A stretch of DNA of 64,000 nt from Camelus dromedarius (Eukaryota): assembly GCF_036321535.1 (NCBI RefSeq), contig NC_087437.1, forward strand, positions 2,046,001 to 2,110,000, written 5' to 3'. Positions within the stretch are counted from its first letter, which is position 1. Each line of letters begins with the position of its first letter. Of this stretch, positions 1 to 11,648 are shown one piece after another. The notes under the pieces are model-generated. The model searched no databases. It was not told the origin of the DNA and saw only the letters and a program-made list of their open reading frames with translations. The position numbers were made by a program, and so were the translations under genes.

Positions 1-324
1 CACACACATACACACAGGCTAGCATCCTCCTCTTCCTCAAATAGGTAGATAGGGAGATAGAAACACTAAATTCCTCCTCCAACAGACAAACAAATAAAAA
101 GAAACACTTGCCTACTGCTGTGCCTGCACCTCATAGGTCGATTTTTACACAGATTGATAGATACACAGATAGATAGAGAGATAGATAGATAGAGAGGCAG
201 GCAAATGGAGAGACATAATATTCGCCTCCTCATCCAGTAGCTATATAGACAGACACACACATAGTCTAGCCTCTCGCATCCTCCAATAGATAGACAATCA
301 GCCAGGCAGTCACACATTCTGACA

Positions 325-1200
325 CACGTGAGGCGGTGTGCAGTCTGGGGTTGGGCTTCAGCGGCGCCGACCGGGGACAGGTGTGCCACTGGCGAGCCAT
401 AGGACTTTATCCCATGTCCCTAGCTGCCTTGCCTGGGGGCGGCCCCCGCTCCCCCAAATTCGACGGACTGAAGCTTTCAAGTTAGCCTGCTCGTGGCAGC
501 AGGCGTTGTAAGGAAAGTGGAAGAGGTCAGCGGCAGCTCCGGAAGCGGCAGAGCATCTAAGGGGGATGCCTTGGCGAATCGGTCATTTTCCTCCCATTTC
601 CCCCTCTCCTGGCCTCGGGGCAGCCTCTGCTACCGCAGGAGTGCGGGATTTCGTTGTCCTTCTCAGCCAGGTCCTAGGAAGCTGTCGAGGTGTGCTCAGG
701 GAACAGGGATTTTACTTCTAGAGGACTGCCTCGGGTGAGCCGATCAGTTTGCTCCCATCTCCAAAAGCGCCTGGCCTGGGGGCGGCCTCTCCTTCCCCAG
801 GTTCGCAGTATGCATGTTTCCAGCTCAGCCTGTGCCCTTAGGCAGGCGCGGTGTTCTTAGGGGCTGCATTGAGGAGGCGGGGCTGCTCCACCGAGCCCGT
901 GTATTTGCACAGATCTCCCCGTTGACCGGTCCTAGGGTTGGTCTCTGCTACCCTAGTTACACGATGTACACATCTCGTTGTTTTCCGGCTCCCGGGAGGC
1001 AAGTGCGGGGTGGTCAGGGGGCGGGGTGGGGGGTTGGAGTGGCGGTGGCGCCTACACAGAGGGAAGAAGAGGGATGCACGGGCTGTCCAGGGAAGCCTGT
1101 GGATTTCCATCCAGTGTCCCCCTCGGCGTGAAATAAGCCCGCCCTCTGCTGCTTCAGGGTGGGATTTGACAACCCTCCAGCTGGGCCTAATAAAGGGAGG
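325..1200. repeat. GC/CpG-rich block of the monomer (representative A-type copy) with five degenerate internal subunits
   Basis: Abrupt switch from CA/TAGA-rich to GC-rich sequence after GACACACGTGAGG, and back at GGCTTCCTCCATTAG. A related motif recurs at about 411, 593, 754, 910 and 1111. Confidence 0.9.
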
Positions 1201-2175
1201 CTTCCTCCATTAGACAGACAGAGAGACATATAAAGAGACAGACAGACACACTAGCCTCTTCATCCATTGAGAAACAGCCGTATATCCTAACCTCCTCCTC
1301 CTCATTCATTATATAGGTAGGCAGATACATATATAGACAGACACACACACACACATACACACACTAGCCTCTTCCTACTCCTCAATTAAGTAAGGAGAGA
1401 GACACAATAATCTCCTCCTCCATTAGATAATAGATAGACAAACTTAGTACATTTTTTCTCCTCCTCCATTTGGTAGATGGATAGTGAGATTGACCGATAC
1501 ACCCAGTAGCCGCTACCTTCTCCTGTTAGAGATACTGAGAGATAGCCAGACACATGGGATTATTTCTTCTTCTCCATTTGATATAGATAGAGACACACTC
1601 ACAGACACACAGACAGACAGACACACTACTCTTCTCCTGCTCTGACAGACAGAGAGATAGACACTCTAGCCTCCTCCTTCTTCTCGAATACATACAGCTG
1701 CATAGATAGATATCTCATATATAGACAGACAGACTTACTAGCTTACTCCTCGTCCATTCGATGCACACATAGACTGTTAGACAGACACAGTAGCCTCTTC
1801 CCCTTTTTGTTACACATACTTTGATAAAGAGACCCGCACGCACACACACACACACATACACACAGGCTAGCATCCTCCTCTTCCTCAAGTAGGTAGATAG
1901 GGAGATAGAAACACTAAATTCCCGCTCCAACAGACACACAAATAAAAAGACACACTTGCCTACTGCTGTGCCTGCACTACATAGGTCGATTTTTACACAG
2001 ATTGATAGATACACAGATAGATAGAGAGATAGATAGGTAGAGAGGCAGGCAAATGGAGAGACATAATTTTCGCCTCCTCCTCCAGTAGATATATAGACAG
2101 ACACACACATAGTCTAGCCTCTCGCATCCTCCAATAGATAGACAATCAGCCAGGCAGTCAGACAGACTGACACAC
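1201..2175. repeat. Low-complexity spacer of the monomer (representative copy): degenerate minisatellite with TAGA/CAGA/CA/CCT microsatellites
   Basis: Repeated pattern CTAGCCTC(C/T)TCCTCCATTAGATAGA...GACAGACACACA of variable length (~35-90 nt) across the segment, with (CA)n tracts near 1340 and 1842. Confidence 0.9.
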
Positions 2176-3060
2176 GTGAGGCTGTGTGCAGTTTGGGGTT
2201 GGGCTTCAGCGGCGTCCACCGGGGACAGTTGTGCCCCTGGCGAGTCATAGGATTTCATCCCATGTCCCTAGCTGCCTTGCCTGCGGGCGGCCCCCGCTCC
2301 CCCAAATTCGACGGACTGAAGCTTTCAAGTTAGCCTGCTCGTGGCAGCAGGCGTTGTAAGGAAAGTGGAAGAGGTCAGCGGCAGTTCCGGAAGCGGCAGA
2401 GCATCTAAGGGGGATGCCTCGGCGAATCGGTCATTTTCCTCCCATTTCCCCCTCTCCTGGCCTCGGGGCAGCCTCTGATACCGCAGGAGTGCGGGATTTA
2501 CTTGTCCTTGTCAGCCAGGTCCTAGGAAGCTGTCGAGGTGTGCTCAGGGGACAGGGATGTCGCTTCTAGAGGACTGCCTCGGGTGAGCCGATCAGTTTGC
2601 TCCCATCTCCACAAGCGCCTGGCCTGGGGGCGGCCTCTCCTTCCCCAGGTTCCCAGTATGCATGTTTCCAGCTCAGCCTGTGCCCTTAGGCAGGCGCGGT
2701 GTTCTTAGGGGCTACATTGAGGAGGCGGGGCTGCTCCACCGAGCCCGTGTATTTGCACAGATCTCCCCGTTGACCGGTCCTAGGGTTGGTCTCTGCTACC
2801 CTAGTTACACGATGTACACATCTCGGTGTTTTCCGGCTCCCGGGAGGCAAGTGCGGGGTGGTCAGGGTGCGGGGTGGGGGGTTGGACTGGCGGTGGCGCC
2901 TACACAGAGAGAAGAAGAGGGATGCACGGGCTGTCCAGGGAAGCCTTTGGATTTCCATCCAGTGTCCCCCTAGGCGTGCAATAAGGGCGCCCTCTGCTGC
3001 TTCAGGGTGGGATTTGGCATCCCTCCAGCTGGGCCTAATACAGGGAGGCTTCCTCCATTA

Positions 3061-3708
3061 GAGAGAGAGACAAAAAATAGACAGACAGACACACTAGCCT
3101 CTTCCTCCTTTTAGAAACACCCATATGTCTTAACCTTCTCCTCCTAATCCATTATATAGGTAGACAGATACATACATAGACAGACAGACAGACACACACA
3201 CACACACACACAAACCCAAACCCACACACAACCTTCCCTCCTACCAGTCCTCAATTAAGTAGGTAGAGAGACACACTAATCGCCTTCTCCATTAGATAAT
3301 GAACAGACAAACGGTATAGACTATTTCTACTCCTCATTTAGATAGATGGAATGTGAGACTGACGCATTCACACACTAGCCTCTACCTTCTCCTGTTAGAG
3401 AGACAGACAGATAGCCAGACACATGAAATCCTCCATCTTCTCCATTAGATATACATAGAGAAATCTCTAAGATGCACAGAGAGACAAACACTAGTCTTCT
3501 CCTCCTCTGACAGGCCGAGGGATAGATAATCAAGCCTCCTCATTTTTTTCCATTAGGTATAGATACATACATACATATCTGATAACAGACAGCCAGACAG
3601 ACATACTAGCCTACTCTTCCTCCATCAGATACATACATAGACTGATAGACAGATACAGTAGGCTCCTCCCCCTTTAGATACAGATACATAGATAGACATC
3701 CCCACGAG

Positions 3709-3740
<32 letters not shown>

Positions 3741-4894
3741 AGCCTTCTCCTCTTCCTCAAAGAGCTAGATAGTTATATAGACACACTAAAATTCTACTCC
3801 AACAGACAGAATTTTAAATGACACACTATCTTACTGCTATGCCTCCCCACATAGATAGATAGCTAGCCAGATCGATAGAGAGGCAGGCAAATAGAGAGTC
3901 ATACTAGTCGCCTCCTCCTCCGTTGGAGAGACAGACAGACACACACATAGTCTAGCTTCAACCATCCTCCAATAGATAGTCATTCAGGCAAGCAGTCAAA
4001 CAGACAGACACACCAGAGGCGGGGTGCCGTCTGCCTACCTGGTTCGGCGGCGGGGCCCGGGGAAGAGGGTGCCCCTGGTGAACCAGAGGATTTTCTCCCA
4101 TGTCCCTAGCTGCCTTGCCTCTGGGCGGCCTCCGCTAACCCAAGTTCGCCGGACGCAAGCCTTTGAAGTCAGCCTGCTCCTGGGAGCCGGCGAGGTAAGG
4201 ACAGGGGAAGTGGTCAGCGGCAGACACGGAGGCGGCCCAGAACGCAAGAGGGATGCCTCGGCGAGTCGGTCATTTTCCTACCATCCCCCCTCTCCTGGCC
4301 TCGGGGCGGCCTCTGCTACCGCAGGTGTGCGGCAATTAATTCTCCTTGTCAGCCAGGTCCTGGGAGTCTGTCCAGGTGAGCCCAAGGGACACGGACGTCG
4401 CGGGGAGCGGACTGCCTCGGGTTAGCCGATCAGTTTGCTCCCATCCCCACAAGCGCCTGGCCTGGGGGCGGCCTGTCCTGCGCCAGGTTCAGAGTATGCA
4501 CGTTTCCAGCTCAGCCAGCCCACCCGAGGCCGGCGCGCTGTGATCAGGGTCTGCAATGAGAAGTCGGGGCTGACTCACCGAGCCCGTGTATTTGTTCAGA
4601 TCTCCCTCTTGGCTGGTCCTGGGCTAGGCCTCTACTACCCTAGGTCCACGAGGTGCTCATCTCTGTGTTTTTCAGCTCCGGGGAAGCGAGTGCGGGGTGG
4701 TCAGGGGGCGGGGCGGGGGCGGGGCGGGGGCAGCTACAGAGAGGGCTGAAGCGGGATGCACGGGCTGCCCAGGCAAGCCTGCGGATTTCCATCCAGTGTC
4801 CCCCTCGGCCTGCAATGCGGGCGCCCTCTGCTGCTTCAGGGTGGCAATTGGCATCCCTCCAGGTGGGTCGAGTACTGGGAGGCTTCCTCCTTTA
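3061..4894. repeat. Diverged C-type monomer (own spacer variant plus own GC-block variant), representative copy
   Basis: Colinear with the A/B monomers but differs at many positions, e.g. AAACCCAAACCC at 3212, CACACCAGAGGCGGGGTGCC at 4010 and GGCAATTAATTCTCC at ~4331. Twelve copies in the window, the last truncated at the end. Confidence 0.92.
3708..3740 (+). repeat. Compound (CG)n(CA)n microsatellite, present in every C-type spacer
   Basis: GCACACGCGCGCGCACACA... with (CA)10 here, (CA)15 at 9244-9273 and (CA)14 at 22172-22199. Confidence 0.9.
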
Positions 4895-7800
4895 GACAGA
4901 CAGAGAGACAAATAAAGAGACAGACAGACACACTAGCCTCTTCATCCATTGAGAAACAGCCGTATATCCTAACCTCCTCCTCCTCATTCATTATATAGGT
5001 AGACAGATACATATATAGACAGACACACACACACACATACACACACTAGCCTCTTCCTACTCCTCAATTAAGTAGGTAGAGAGACACACTATTCTCCTCC
5101 TCCATTAGATAATAGATAGACAAACTTAATACATTTTTCTCCTCCTCCATTAGATAGATGGAAAGTGAGATTGACCGATACACCCAGTAGCCGCTACCTT
5201 CTCCTGTTAGAGATACCGAGAGATAGCCAGACACATGGGATTATTTCTTCTTCTCCATTTGATATAGATAGAGACACACTCACAGACACACAGACAGACA
5301 CACTACTCTTCTCCTGCTCTGACAGACAGAGAGATAGCCACTCCAGCCTCCTCCTTCTTCTCGAATACATACAGCTGCATAGATAGATATCTCCTATATA
5401 GACAGACAGACTTACTAGCTTACTCCTCGTCCATTCGATGCACACATAGACTGTTAGACAGACACAGTAGCCTCTTCCCCTCTTTGTTACACATACTTTG
5501 ATAAAGAGACCGCACGCACACACACACACACACACACACATACACACAGGCTAGCATCCTCCTCTTCCTCAAATAGGTAGATAGGGAGATAGAAACACTA
5601 AATTCCTCCTCCAACAGACAAACAAATAAAAAGAAACACTTGCCTACTGCTGTGCCTGCACCTCATAGGTCGATTTTTACACAGATTGATAGATACACAG
5701 ATAGATAGAGAGATAGTTAGATAGAGAGGCAGGCAAATGGAGAGACATAATATTCGCCTCCTCATCCAGTAGCTATATAGACAGACACACACATAGTCTA
5801 GCCTCTCGCATCCTCCAATAGATAGACAATCAGCCAGGCAGTCACACATTCTGACACACGTGAGGCGGTGTGCAGTCTGGGATTGGGCTTCAGCGGCGGC
5901 GACCGGGGACAGGTGTGCCACTGGCGAGCCATAGGACTTTATCCCATGTCCTTAGCTGCCTTGCCTGGGGGCGGCCCCCGCTCCCCCAAATTCGACGGAC
6001 TGAAGCTTTCAAGTTAGCCTGCTCGTGGCAGCAGGCGTTGTAAGGAAAGTGGAAGAGGTGAGCGGCAGCTCCGGAAGCGGCAGAGCATCTAAGGGGGATG
6101 CCTTGGCGAATCGGTCATTTTCCTCCCATTTCCCCCTCTCCTGGCCTCGGGGCAGACTCTGCTACCCCAGGAGTGCGGGATTTAGTTGTCCTTGTCAGCC
6201 AGGTCCTAGGAAGCTGTCGAGGTGTGCTCAGGGGACAGGGATGTCGCTTCTAGAGGACTGCCTCGGGTGAGCCGATCAGTTTGCTCCCATCTCCACAAGC
6301 GCCTGGCCTGGGGGCGGCCTCTCCTTCCCCAGGTTCGCAGTATGCATGTTTCCAGCTCAGCCTGTGCCCTTAGGCAGGCGCGGTGTTCTTAGGGGCTGCA
6401 TTGAGGAGGCGGGGCTGCTCCACCGAGCCCGTGTATTTGCACAGATCTCCCCGTTGACCGGTCCTAGGGTTGGTCTCTGCTACCCTAGGTACACGATGTA
6501 CACATCTCGTTGTTTTCCGGCCCCCGGGAGGCAAGTGCGGGGTGGTCAGGGGGCGGGGGGGGGTGGCGTTGGTGCCTACACAGAGGGAGGAAGAGGGATG
6601 CACGGGCTATCCAGGGAAACCTGTGGATTTCCATCCAGTGTCCCCCTCGGCGTGCAATGAGGGCACCCTCTGCTTCTTCAGGGTGGGATTTGGCATCCCT
6701 CCAGCTGGGCCTAATAAAGGGAGGCTTCCTCCATTAGACAGACAGAGAGACATATAAAGAGACAGACAGACACACTAGCCTCTTCATCCATTGAGAAACA
6801 GCCGTATATCCTAACCTCCTCCTCCTCATTCATTATATAGGTAGGCAGATACATATATAGACAGACACACACACACACATACACACACTAGCCTCTTCCT
6901 ACTCCTCAATTATGTAGGTAGAGAGACACACTAATCTCCTCCTCCATTAGATAATACATAGACAAACTTAATACATTTTTCTCCTCCTCCATTAGATAGA
7001 TGGAAAGTGAGATTGACCGATACACCCAGTAGCCGCTACCTTCTCCTGTTAGAGATACCGAGAGATAGCCAGACACATGGGATTATTTCTTCTTCTCCAT
7101 TTGATATAGATAGAGACACACTCACAGACACACAGACAGACAGACACACTACTCTTCTCCTGCTCTGACAGACAGAGAGATAGACACTCTAGCCTCCTCC
7201 TTCTTCTCGAATACATACAGCTGCATAGATAGATATCTCATATATAGACAGACAGACTTACTAGCTTACTCCTCGTCCATTCGATGCACACATAGACTGT
7301 TAGACAGACACAGTAGCCTCTTCCCCTTTTTGTTACACATACTTTGATAAAGAGACCCGCACGCACACACACACACACATACACACAGGCTAGCATCCTC
7401 CTCTTCCTCAAGTAGGTAGATAGGGAGATAGAAACACTAAATTCCTGCTCCGACAGACACACAAATAAAAAGACACACTTGCCTACTGCTGTGCCTGAAC
7501 TACATAGGTCGATTTTTACACAGATTTATAGATACACAGATAGATAGAGAGATAGATAGGTAGAGAGGCAGGCAAATGGAGAGACATAATTTTCGCCTCC
7601 TCCTCCAGTAGATATATAGACAGACACACACATAGTCTAGCCTCTCGCATCCTCCAATAGATAGACAATCAGCCAGGCAGTCAGACAGACTGACACACGT
7701 GAGGCGCTGTGCAGTTTGGGGTTGGGTTTCAGCGGCGTCCACCGGGGACAGTTGTGCCCCTGGCGAGTCATAGGATTTTATCCCATGTCCCTAGCTGCCT

Positions 7801-9233
7801 TGCCTGCGGGCGGCCCCCGCTCCCCCAAATTCGACGAACTGAAGCTTTCAAGTTAGCCTGCTCGTGGCAGCAGGCGTTGTAAGGAAAGTGGAAGAGGTCA
7901 GCGGCAGCTCCGGAAGCGGCAGAGCATCTAAGGGGGATGCCTTGGCGAATCGGTCATTTTCCTCCCATTTCCCCCTCTCCTGGCCTCGGGGCAGCCTCTG
8001 CTACCGCAGGAGTGCGGGATTTCGTTGTCCTTCTCAGCCAGGTCCTAGGAAGCTGTCGAGGTGTGCTCAGGGAACAGGGATTTTACTTCTAGAGGACTGC
8101 CTCGGGTGAGCCGATCAGTTTGCTCCCATCTCCAAAAGCGCCTGGCCTGGGGGCGGCCTCTCCTTCCCCAGGTTCCCAGTATGCATGTTTCCAGCTCAGC
8201 CTGTGCCCTTAGGCAGGCGCGGTGTTCTTAGGGGCTGCATTGAGGAGGCGGGGCTGCTCCACCGAGCCCGTGTATTTGCACAGATCTCCCCGTTGACCGG
8301 TCCTAGGGTTGGTCTCTGCTACCCTAGTTACACGATGTACACATCTCGGTGTTTTCCGGCTCCCGGGAGGCAAGTGCGGGGTGGTCAGGGGGCGGGGTGG
8401 GGGGTTGGAGTGGCGGTGGCGCCTACACAGAGGGAAGAAGAGGGATGCACGGGCTGTCCAGGGAAGCCTGTGGATTTCCATCCAGTGTCCCCCTCGGCGT
8501 GCAATAAGGGCGCCCTCTGCTGCTTCAGGGTGGGATTTGGCAACCCTCCAGCTGGGCCTAATAAAGGGAGGCTTCCTCCATTAGAGAGAGAGACATAAAA
8601 TAGACAGACAGACACACTAGCCTCTTCCTCCATTTAGAAACACCCATATGTCTTAACCTTCTCCTCCTAATCCATTATATAGGTAGACAGATACATACAT
8701 AGACAGACAGACAGACAGACACACACACACACACAAACCCAAACCCACACACAACCTTCCCTCCTACCAGTCCTCAATTAAGTAGGTAGAGAGACACACT
8801 AATCGCCTTCTCCATTAGATAATAAACAGACAAACGGTATAGACTATTTCTACTCCTCATTTAGATAGATGGAATGTGAGACTGACGCATTCACACACTA
8901 GCCTCTACCTTCTCCTGTTAGAGAGACAGACAGATAGCCAGACTCATGAAATCCTCCATCTTCTCCATTAGATATACATAGAGAAATCTCTAAGATGCAC
9001 AGTGAGACAAACACTAGTCTTCTCCTCCTCTGACAGGCCGAGGGATAGATAATCAAGCCTCCTCATTCTTTTCCATTAGGTATAGTTACATACATACATA
9101 TCTGATAATAGACAGCCAGACAGACATACTAGCCTACTCTTCCTCCATCAGATACATACATAGACTGATAGACAGATACAGTAGGCTCCTCCCCCTTTAG
9201 ATACAGATACATAGATAGACATCCCCACGAGCC

Positions 9234-9274
<41 letters not shown>

Positions 9275-9603
9275 GCCTTCTCCTCTTCCTCAAAGAGCTA
9301 GATAGTTATATAGACACACTAAAATTCTACTCCAACAGACAGAATTTTAAATGACACACTATCTTACTGCTATGCCTCCCCACATAGATAGATAGCTAGC
9401 CAGATCGATAGAGAGGCAGGCAAATAGAGAGTCATACTAGTCGCCTCCTCCTCCGTTGGAGAGACAGACAGACACACACATAGTCTAGCTTCAACCATCC
9501 TCCAATAGATAGTCATTCAGGCAAGCAGTCAAACAGACAGACACACCAGAGGCGGGGTGCCGTCTGCCTACCTGGTTCGGCGGCGGGGCCCGGGGAAGAG
9601 GGT

Positions 9604-9618
9604 GCAGCGCTCGACTGT
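9604..9618 (-). other. Foreign oligo GCAGCGCTCGACTGT; probable PacBio barcode (bc1008) remnant
   Basis: Replaces GCCCCTGGTGAACCA seen in the other C monomers. Its reverse complement ACAGTCGAGCGCTGC matches bc1008 as I recall it. Confidence 0.82.
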
Positions 9619-10236
9619 GAGGATTTTCTCCCATGTCCCTAGCTGCCTTGCCTCTGGGCGGCCTCCGCTAACCCAAGTTCGCCGGACGCAAGCCTTTGAA
9701 GTCAGCCTGCTCCTGGGAGCCGGCGAGGTAAGGACAGGGGAAGTGGTCAGCGGCAGACACGGAGGCGGCCCAGAACGCAAGAGGGATGCCTCGGCGAGTC
9801 GGTCATTTTCCTACCATCCCCCCTCTCCTGGCCTCGGGGCGGCCTCTGCTACCGCAGGTGTGCGGCAATTAATTCTCCTTGTCAGCCAGGTCCTGGGAGT
9901 CTGTCCAGGTGAGCCCAAGGGACACGGACGTCGCGGGGAGCGGACTGCCTCGGGTTAGCCGATCAGTTTGCTCCCATCCCCACAAGCGCCTGGCCTGGGG
10001 GCGGCCTGTCCTGCGCCAGGTTCAGAGTATGCACGTTTCCAGCTCAGCCAGCCCACCCGAGGCCGGCGCGCTGTGATCAGGGTCTGCAATGAGAAGTCGG
10101 GGCTGACTCACCGAGCCCGTGTATTTGTTCAGATCTCCCTCTTGGCTGGTCCTGGGCTAGGCCTCTACTACCCTAGGTCCACGAGGTGCTCATCTCTGTG
10201 TTTTTCAGCTCCGGGGAAGCCAGTGCGGGGTGGTCA

Positions 10237-10274
10237 GGGGGCGGGGAGGGGGCGGGGCGGGGGCGGGGCGGGGG
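10237..10274 (+). other. G-run tract: putative G-quadruplex-forming sequence / tandem GC boxes (long allele of the C monomer)
   Basis: GGGGGCGGGGAGGGGGCGGGGCGGGGGCGGGGCGGGGG has seven runs of 4-5 G separated by single bases. It matches the canonical G4 pattern and contains several GGGGCGGGG boxes. Function is not shown. Confidence 0.6.
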
Positions 10275-11648
10275 CAGCTACAGAGAGGGCTGAAGCGGGA
10301 TGCACGGGCTGCCCAGGCAAGCCTGCGGAATTCCATCCAGTGCCCCCTCGGCCTGCAATGCGGGCGCCCTCTGCTGCTTCAGGGTGGCAATTGGCATCCC
10401 TCCAGGTGGGTCGAGTACTGGGAGGCTTCCTCCTTTAGACAGACAGAGAGACAAATAAAGAGACAGACAGACACACTAGCCTCTTCATCCATTGAGAAAC
10501 AGCCGTATATCCTAACCTCCTCCTCCTCATTCATTATATAGGTAGACAGATACATATATAGACAGACACACACACACACATACACACACTAGCCTCTTCC
10601 TACTCCTCAATTAAGTAGGTAGAGAGACACACTAATCTCCTCCTCCTTTAGATAATACATAGACAAACTTAATACATTTTTCTCCTCCTCCATTAGATAG
10701 ATGGAAAGTGAGATTGACCGATACACCCAGTAGCCGCTACCTTCTCCTGTTAGAGATACCGAGAGATAGCCAGACACATGGGATTATTTCTTCTTCTCCA
10801 TTTGATATAGATAGAGACACACTCACAGACACACAGACAGACAGACACACTACTCTTCTCCTGCTCTGACAGACAGAGAGATAGACACTCTAGCCTCCTC
10901 CTTCTTCTCGAATACATACAGCTGCATAGATAGATATCTCCTATATAGACAGACAGACTTACTAGCTTACTCCTCGTCCATTCGATGCACACATAGACTG
11001 TTAGACAGACACAGTAGCCTCTTCCCCTCTTTTTTACACATACTTTGATAAAGAGACCCGCACGCACACACACACACACACACACATACACACAGGCTAG
11101 CATCCTCCTCTTCCTCAAATAGGTAGATAGGGAGATAGAAACACTAAATTCCTCCTCCAACAGACAAACAAATAAAAAGAAACACTTGCCTACTGCTGTG
11201 CCTGCACCTCATAGGTCGATTTTTACACAGATTGATAGATACACAGATAGATAGAGAGATAGATAGATAGAGAGGCAGGCAAATGGAGAGACATAATATT
11301 CGCCTCCTCATCCAGTAGCTATATAGACAGACACACACATAGTCTAGCCTCTCGCATCCTCCAATAGATAGACAATCAGCCAGGCAGTCACACATTCTGA
11401 CACACGTGAGGCGGTGTGCAGTCTGGGGTTGGGCTTCAGCGGCGCCGACCGGGGACAGGTGTGCCACTGGCGAGCCATAGGACTTTATCCCATGTCCCTA
11501 GCTGCCTTGCCTGGGGGCGGCCCCCGCTCCCCCAAATTCGACGGACTGAAGCTTTCAAGTTAGCCTGCTCGTGGCAGCAGGCGTTGTAAGGAAAGTGGAA
11601 GAGGTCAGCGGCAGCTCCGGAAGCGGCAGAGCAATCTAAGGGGGATGC

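Noticed and set aside
640..665. CENP-B box-like words (GCGGGATTTCGTTG)
   Set aside because: The half-sites are in the wrong order; I found no TTCG-N4-A-N2-CGGG match by eye on either strand of the monomer.
325..1200. Tandem RNA gene array (5S, U1/U2, tRNA) or rDNA unit
   Set aside because: I recognised no 5S, snRNA, tRNA or rRNA sequence on either strand. An Rfam/tRNAscan-SE search would settle it.
1201..2175. CRISPR-like repeat/spacer pattern
   Set aside because: The repeats are degenerate, the intervening sequence is low-complexity and shared between monomers, and no cas genes are present.
3211..3223. Telomere-like CAAACCCAAACCC
   Set aside because: Only two units, not TTAGGG, and embedded in a (CA)n tract; best explained as a mutated microsatellite.
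4855..4872. CTCF-like motif CCTCCAGGTGGGTC (also TGGTCAGGGGGCGG)
   Set aside because: Mismatches at core positions, and partial matches are expected in GC-rich DNA. It would need a PWM scan and ChIP data.
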